In this document: positions 60,373 to 64,000 of the stretch, piece by piece
Layout: every line of letters starts with the position of its first letter
Position numbering within the stretch: position 1 is the first letter of the stretch
IMG/VR virus record: IMGVR_UViG_3300033153_007973
Span: 124,001 to 188,000 of that record
Length of the DNA: 64,000 nt
Strand: one strand, 5' to 3'
Notes under the pieces: generated by a model
The model's input: only the letters and a program-made list of their open reading frames with translations
What the model was told of the DNA's origin: nothing
The model's database searches: none
Program-made: the position numbers and the translations under genes

Positions 60373-62836
60373 TGTCAACCTCCTGTGTAGTGTATGTTGC
60401 GATCTGTATCTGTGTAAACAGACGATCGTAAATCTGCGTCTTATGCATGGCAGCAAATGCTGTAAAGCTAAACCTAGCTGCTGCTTGGATACAATTTGTT
60501 CGCATTGATTTGATGAGATCTGGTTGCCCATCAGCAAACTCTAATCCAGATTTGATAAACTCGACAGGGTCATTTGTGGTAGCAACACTTAGTGTACACC
60601 TAAGCTTATAGAGTTCATGATGCATCTTGCCCTTACCAGCAACGATACATGGAACTCCACTACTAATAAGCATGCGTACGGAGCCCGAATTGGCTCCGAC
60701 TGCCTGGTTATTAACAAACATCCAACCAATATCAAGACACTGCAGATATTCTACCAGCTTGGATTGTTCATGGAATCCAAGCTTGATCACGACACGGTCT
60801 CCTACCCCGTTCTCTTTAGCATATGACATGATCTCTTCGACAACATTATTAGCAAAGCCTGCGCTATCATTCCTATGTCGCGAGACCGGGAGAAGCAGAG
60901 CATACTTCGGCCGGTCTTTCATCATATCTATGATCTGTTTTGAGATCTGAAGGATCATCTTGTATGATAAGAGGAAACCAGTGGTTCCAATAACAAAGTC
61001 ATCTTCTTTGAATCCCAGATCAGCACGTACTTTATCTCTAGCATCCTTTCTCATAATTTCAATCCCAGTATAGAATGGATGTTGCGCCTTGATAATATTA
61101 GTATACTTAAGGCTGTTTCCAATATTAAACATATCCGAATGAAGGATAATGCTATCGGCGATGCCATCCAGTCCTCTGATACTGCGCTCATTTTCCTGAT
61201 GCATGGTGAGGACAGTCTTAATCTTGCCACCCGATAAGGACTTTAGCTTAGCCATAAACGGCATAAGCTTCTCTGGTGAGAATAGGTTGGGCTCATACTG
61301 AATGTGTATGATCGTAGCCTTATCTGAATCGAGGATGAGGTCCAGATACTTCTCTGGATCTGAGGTATCGTCGAGAACTAAATAGTCTCTTCTTTTGTCG
61401 ATGCGCTGAAGATTATTAATCAGGTTCTCTGTATATGTAGCAATCCCACACTCCACATTATAAGTGGAGAGAGCAATAACCCTCTGGTTCGAATATGTCT
61501 TGTCTTCTTCCTTCTCATAATCTTCCGCGGTAGATTTGATTGCATCCTTCCATTGTTTAATCATCGATGCACCATTCCAGTCCAACTCATTAGTGAACTT
61601 GATACCAGCTGGAACAGTAATGGTTGCAGCATCCTGTTTCTGAGCATACTTATACATCTCAGCCAACTCGAAGCCAATAGATTCGGGATTAGCTATTGCT
61701 GCCTGAATCTCATAGTTCTCCTTGTATTCATATCCACCCACTTCAATTGGGATGCCTTTGCACTCACAGATCTCACCAAGATTTGCATGATCGATGTATG
61801 CTACAGGAACACCCAAACTCATTGCCTCGATTACGGGGATACCAAACCCCTCACCTCTGCTCACATTGATATAAACATCCATGGCTTTATACAGAGAGAC
61901 TAAGTCTTCTAGTGATGCACCCTTCTTCACTCCTGAATTGATTCTTCCGGTCCGGGGGTCCCTGGTTTTCTTGAACGAGTCTACTAGCATATCAGATATC
62001 AGTATATACTTCTCAATGCCTAGCTTCCTAGCTAGTGAAGGTAGATCCCATCCTGCAACATCATGTCTGGGTGTATGAAGAAGTAAGACTGGTTCTGGTC
62101 CCTTCTTCTTGAGTGCTTCCCACTTCTTAATGAAATTGGCGAAGCCTATCAAAAGGACATCGAGAGCTTTACGCCAGCCGTTTCGGCAGACTGTACCAAC
62201 AACGAACTTATCCTTAAGACGTCTAAACTCTCTGGGCTCTATGCTTCGCAACCTCTTGTTGTCGATACCATGATAGATGAATGAGTTACAGATGTCTTTA
62301 CCGACTAGTTTCTGAACAACGTTCATACCATTCTTTGTATATCCAATGATCTTATCTGCATATGAATAGAGCCGGCCGATGTTACACTCAATATTCCTTC
62401 CAGGAAAGGAGAACTTCGCGACGTCCACTAGTTCAGTAGATTCTACTGGAAGGTAGCTGATCCATTTCATCTTAGGGAACATGAGCTTTGTTGTCTTCAT
62501 GTACCAGAATGTCCATGGATCACCGATGGTCAGGACTATGCATTTCTCATTGGTATTTCTAAGCATAGTGCGTAGGGTATGCATGCCACACTTACCATCT
62601 TCAGCCATCATGGTCCCTTGCATGCTACCTACAATGGACGGTGTCGCTGCATTAATGAGCCTATATTTCGTAGGGAATTCCTCGTTGGTGCCCCTGCTGT
62701 ACCCAATAGTTGTGACATCACTGATAGGACAACCATCGTATTTCATTTCGTTATCAATGATCTGACTGATATGATGTGTAAGTTGAGAGAATCCTGAATG
62801 ATTAATTGGGTGTTCGCCGCAGATAAATAGTCTCAT
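60095..62836 (-). CDS. Tandem double GT4 glycosyltransferase
   Basis: Domain 1: HSGFSQ, IYHGID, VCRNGWRK, SRGEGFGIPVIEAMSLG. Domain 2: ECGIATYT, IHIQYE, IGTTGF, ANSGSVRMLISSG. The last ~95 codons overlap 60085..60372. Confidence 0.9.
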   Translation of the reverse strand: MRLFICGEHPINHSGFSQLTHHISQIIDNEMKYDGCPISDVTTIGYSRGTNEEFPTKYRLINAATPSIVGSMQGTMMAEDGKCGMHTLRTMLRNTNEKCIVLTIGDPWTFWYMKTTKLMFPKMKWISYLPVESTELVDVAKFSFPGRNIECNIGRLYSYADKIIGYTKNGMNVVQKLVGKDICNSFIYHGIDNKRLRSIEPREFRRLKDKFVVGTVCRNGWRKALDVLLIGFANFIKKWEALKKKGPEPVLLLHTPRHDVAGWDLPSLARKLGIEKYILISDMLVDSFKKTRDPRTGRINSGVKKGASLEDLVSLYKAMDVYINVSRGEGFGIPVIEAMSLGVPVAYIDHANLGEICECKGIPIEVGGYEYKENYEIQAAIANPESIGFELAEMYKYAQKQDAATITVPAGIKFTNELDWNGASMIKQWKDAIKSTAEDYEKEEDKTYSNQRVIALSTYNVECGIATYTENLINNLQRIDKRRDYLVLDDTSDPEKYLDLILDSDKATIIHIQYEPNLFSPEKLMPFMAKLKSLSGGKIKTVLTMHQENERSIRGLDGIADSIILHSDMFNIGNSLKYTNIIKAQHPFYTGIEIMRKDARDKVRADLGFKEDDFVIGTTGFLLSYKMILQISKQIIDMMKDRPKYALLLPVSRHRNDSAGFANNVVEEIMSYAKENGVGDRVVIKLGFHEQSKLVEYLQCLDIGWMFVNNQAVGANSGSVRMLISSGVPCIVAGKGKMHHELYKLRCTLSVATTNDPVEFIKSGLEFADGQPDLIKSMRTNCIQAAARFSFTAFAAMHKTQIYDRLFTQIQIATYTTQEVDNEQRCNGKIQGQDSIAGTSNDGRESSRNGGETPGLRCEGHGSGDQNPRSERLSNGIHGNSAHQQTAGNNNNHERRRQRAYGGGEQPPRQPGR

Positions 62837-62847
62837 TTTATCTCCTT

Positions 62848-63351
62848 TTATTTTAGCAGTTGAGTGATATTACGACGCCCGTATTCTGCAAGAAGGAGGG
62901 CGTCAACTAAACCGCTATGAGGTACTTTTGATCTTGATGTTGCTAGAAGATCTATTTCTGGAAATAGATCAACAACTGCTTGTTTAGCTCTGATCTTTGG
63001 ATCTTTACCGGTGTATTTACGTGTCATTTCTCTGGTCCATCTCTGTGGTGGTACAAGAATATATGCAGCAGAGATCCCGGACAGAATACCTTCTATCATA
63101 CCAAAGATACGACCAAATTTAAAGGAACTCGCGACCCCCTGCTTAGGCATGGATGCCACCTTCTCGAGCACAAAGTAACGATTCAGCCCCTGAACAGCAC
63201 TTAGAATCTTACCCAGTTCATCGAGATCTAATTGTACTTTCTCCTTAATCTTACAGAGAGGCATTACATCTTTACTGTAGAGAGTACCATTGTCCGCAAT
63301 AGTGACAATACCACCTGTGAGTCCTGGGTCAATACCTGTTATAAGTCTCAT
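62848..63351 (-). CDS. ruvC: RuvC-like Holliday junction resolvase
   Basis: ITGIDPGLTGG, LEKV.SMPKQG..S.FKFG..FG, PQRW, G.VDALLLAEYG. Confidence 0.9.
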   Translation of the reverse strand: MRLITGIDPGLTGGIVTIADNGTLYSKDVMPLCKIKEKVQLDLDELGKILSAVQGLNRYFVLEKVASMPKQGVASSFKFGRIFGMIEGILSGISAAYILVPPQRWTREMTRKYTGKDPKIRAKQAVVDLFPEIDLLATSRSKVPHSGLVDALLLAEYGRRNITQLLK

Positions 63352-63393
63352 CTATGTCTCCTGTATCATAAATCACCAAACGTGTCAAGCAAT

Positions 63394-63852
63394 TTATAAT
63401 AGATTCTTTGCTAACGGCTCATCTACCTTTGGATGAATCTGAGAAGCCACTTCTCTCTGTTCCATTTCATGCATGATATTATGTATATTATGTTCTTCCC
63501 GGACTCTCTCATCAATGAGCTTCCAGACCTTACGTACCACCCCAAAGTGGATATACTGTCTGGATGCATATGTTGGCGCCGGAGTATCGAAGCCAACTAC
63601 ATACCTTCTAGCGAGGTCTTTCAGATTCATCCTTGTCATCATATAGGAATAGACAAAGAGGAAATCTATGTCACTAACTCGCCCTTCTTTATGAAGCTCC
63701 ACCAATGCCTCTGAGAAGAGGTCCATCAACTCTTGTGGATATTTCTGATATCTTTCGAACATCGTTCTTTCCCGTTGTTCCTCTTCGTTCACATTCTCCT
63801 CTGCAAGGACAATTCCTGCAGCGTCTCGTTGCATTCTTCCCCAATATCCCAT
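63394..63852 (-). CDS. Hypothetical protein, possible HTH/sigma region-4-like DNA-binding domain
   Basis: 152 aa with upstream GGGAGG; MNLKDLARRY...ASRQYIH pattern. Confidence 0.5.
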   Translation of the reverse strand: MGYWGRMQRDAAGIVLAEENVNEEEQRERTMFERYQKYPQELMDLFSEALVELHKEGRVSDIDFLFVYSYMMTRMNLKDLARRYVVGFDTPAPTYASRQYIHFGVVRKVWKLIDERVREEHNIHNIMHEMEQREVASQIHPKVDEPLAKNLL

Positions 63853-64000
63853 AGGTCATCTGCCTCCCTAATCTGTGGATGTTTTGTTTGCATTCGTCTA
63901 TGTACTCTGGCGTGAGATCCAGCCTATATACAGTTTTCCTGAAAGCAGAAATAACGTCTACTAAGACTGGATTCGTCGACATGAGATCGGATGCGAGGCA

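Noticed and set aside
63352-63393. Minus-strand sigma70 promoter before ruvC
   Set aside because: TTGACA and TATGAT are only 12 nt apart. The alternative TTGCTT-16-TATGAT would put the start site inside the RBS, so support is weak.
63689-63982. 97-aa minus-strand ORF at the window end
   Set aside because: It overlaps 63394..63852 by 164 nt and may be part of a truncated upstream gene; it cannot be resolved within the window.
1-64000. tRNA/rRNA genes, integrase, transposase, introns or inteins
   Set aside because: Intergenic gaps are all under about 80 nt and occupied by promoters or RBSs; no such motifs were recognised by eye.

Overview
This window is part of a large dsDNA bacteriophage genome, most likely a jumbo myovirus. 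It uses standard code 11, has AGGAG Shine-Dalgarno sites and consensus sigma70 promoters, so the host is bacterial. The + strand carries three blocks. (1) 1-26.8 kb is a contractile-tail baseplate module: a 5'-truncated >2600-aa hub-like protein, spike-like, gp25-like and baseplate J-like proteins, a tail-I-like wedge protein with a dockerin-like insert, and four paralogous arm-like proteins. (2) 26.8-47.0 kb holds at least seven tail-fibre/adhesin genes (LamG, CBM-like, Mtd_N, beta-helix and NHL domains, His/Asp-rich shaft repeats), chaperones, holin-like proteins and a metallophosphoesterase. (3) 47.0-57.1 kb is a 14-gene glycan build-and-decorate operon with its own promoter: 7 glycosyltransferases, a pyruvyltransferase, a B12 radical SAM enzyme, 2 methyltransferases and an O-acetyltransferase. 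A 648-aa orphan follows. The - strand (59-64 kb) encodes a RuvC-like resolvase, a tandem double GT4 and an Sm/Hfq-like small protein. The most notable signal is strong enrichment of a [I/V/L/A/T]-Ser-Gly motif, encoded by both TCN and AGY codons, in outer baseplate and fibre proteins but not in the hub, chaperones or enzymes. Together with the adjacent soluble glycosyltransferase operon this suggests a phage-encoded, Ser-Gly-directed O-glycosylation system that coats the tail. All functional calls come from motif recognition by eye; no database searches were run and counts are manual.
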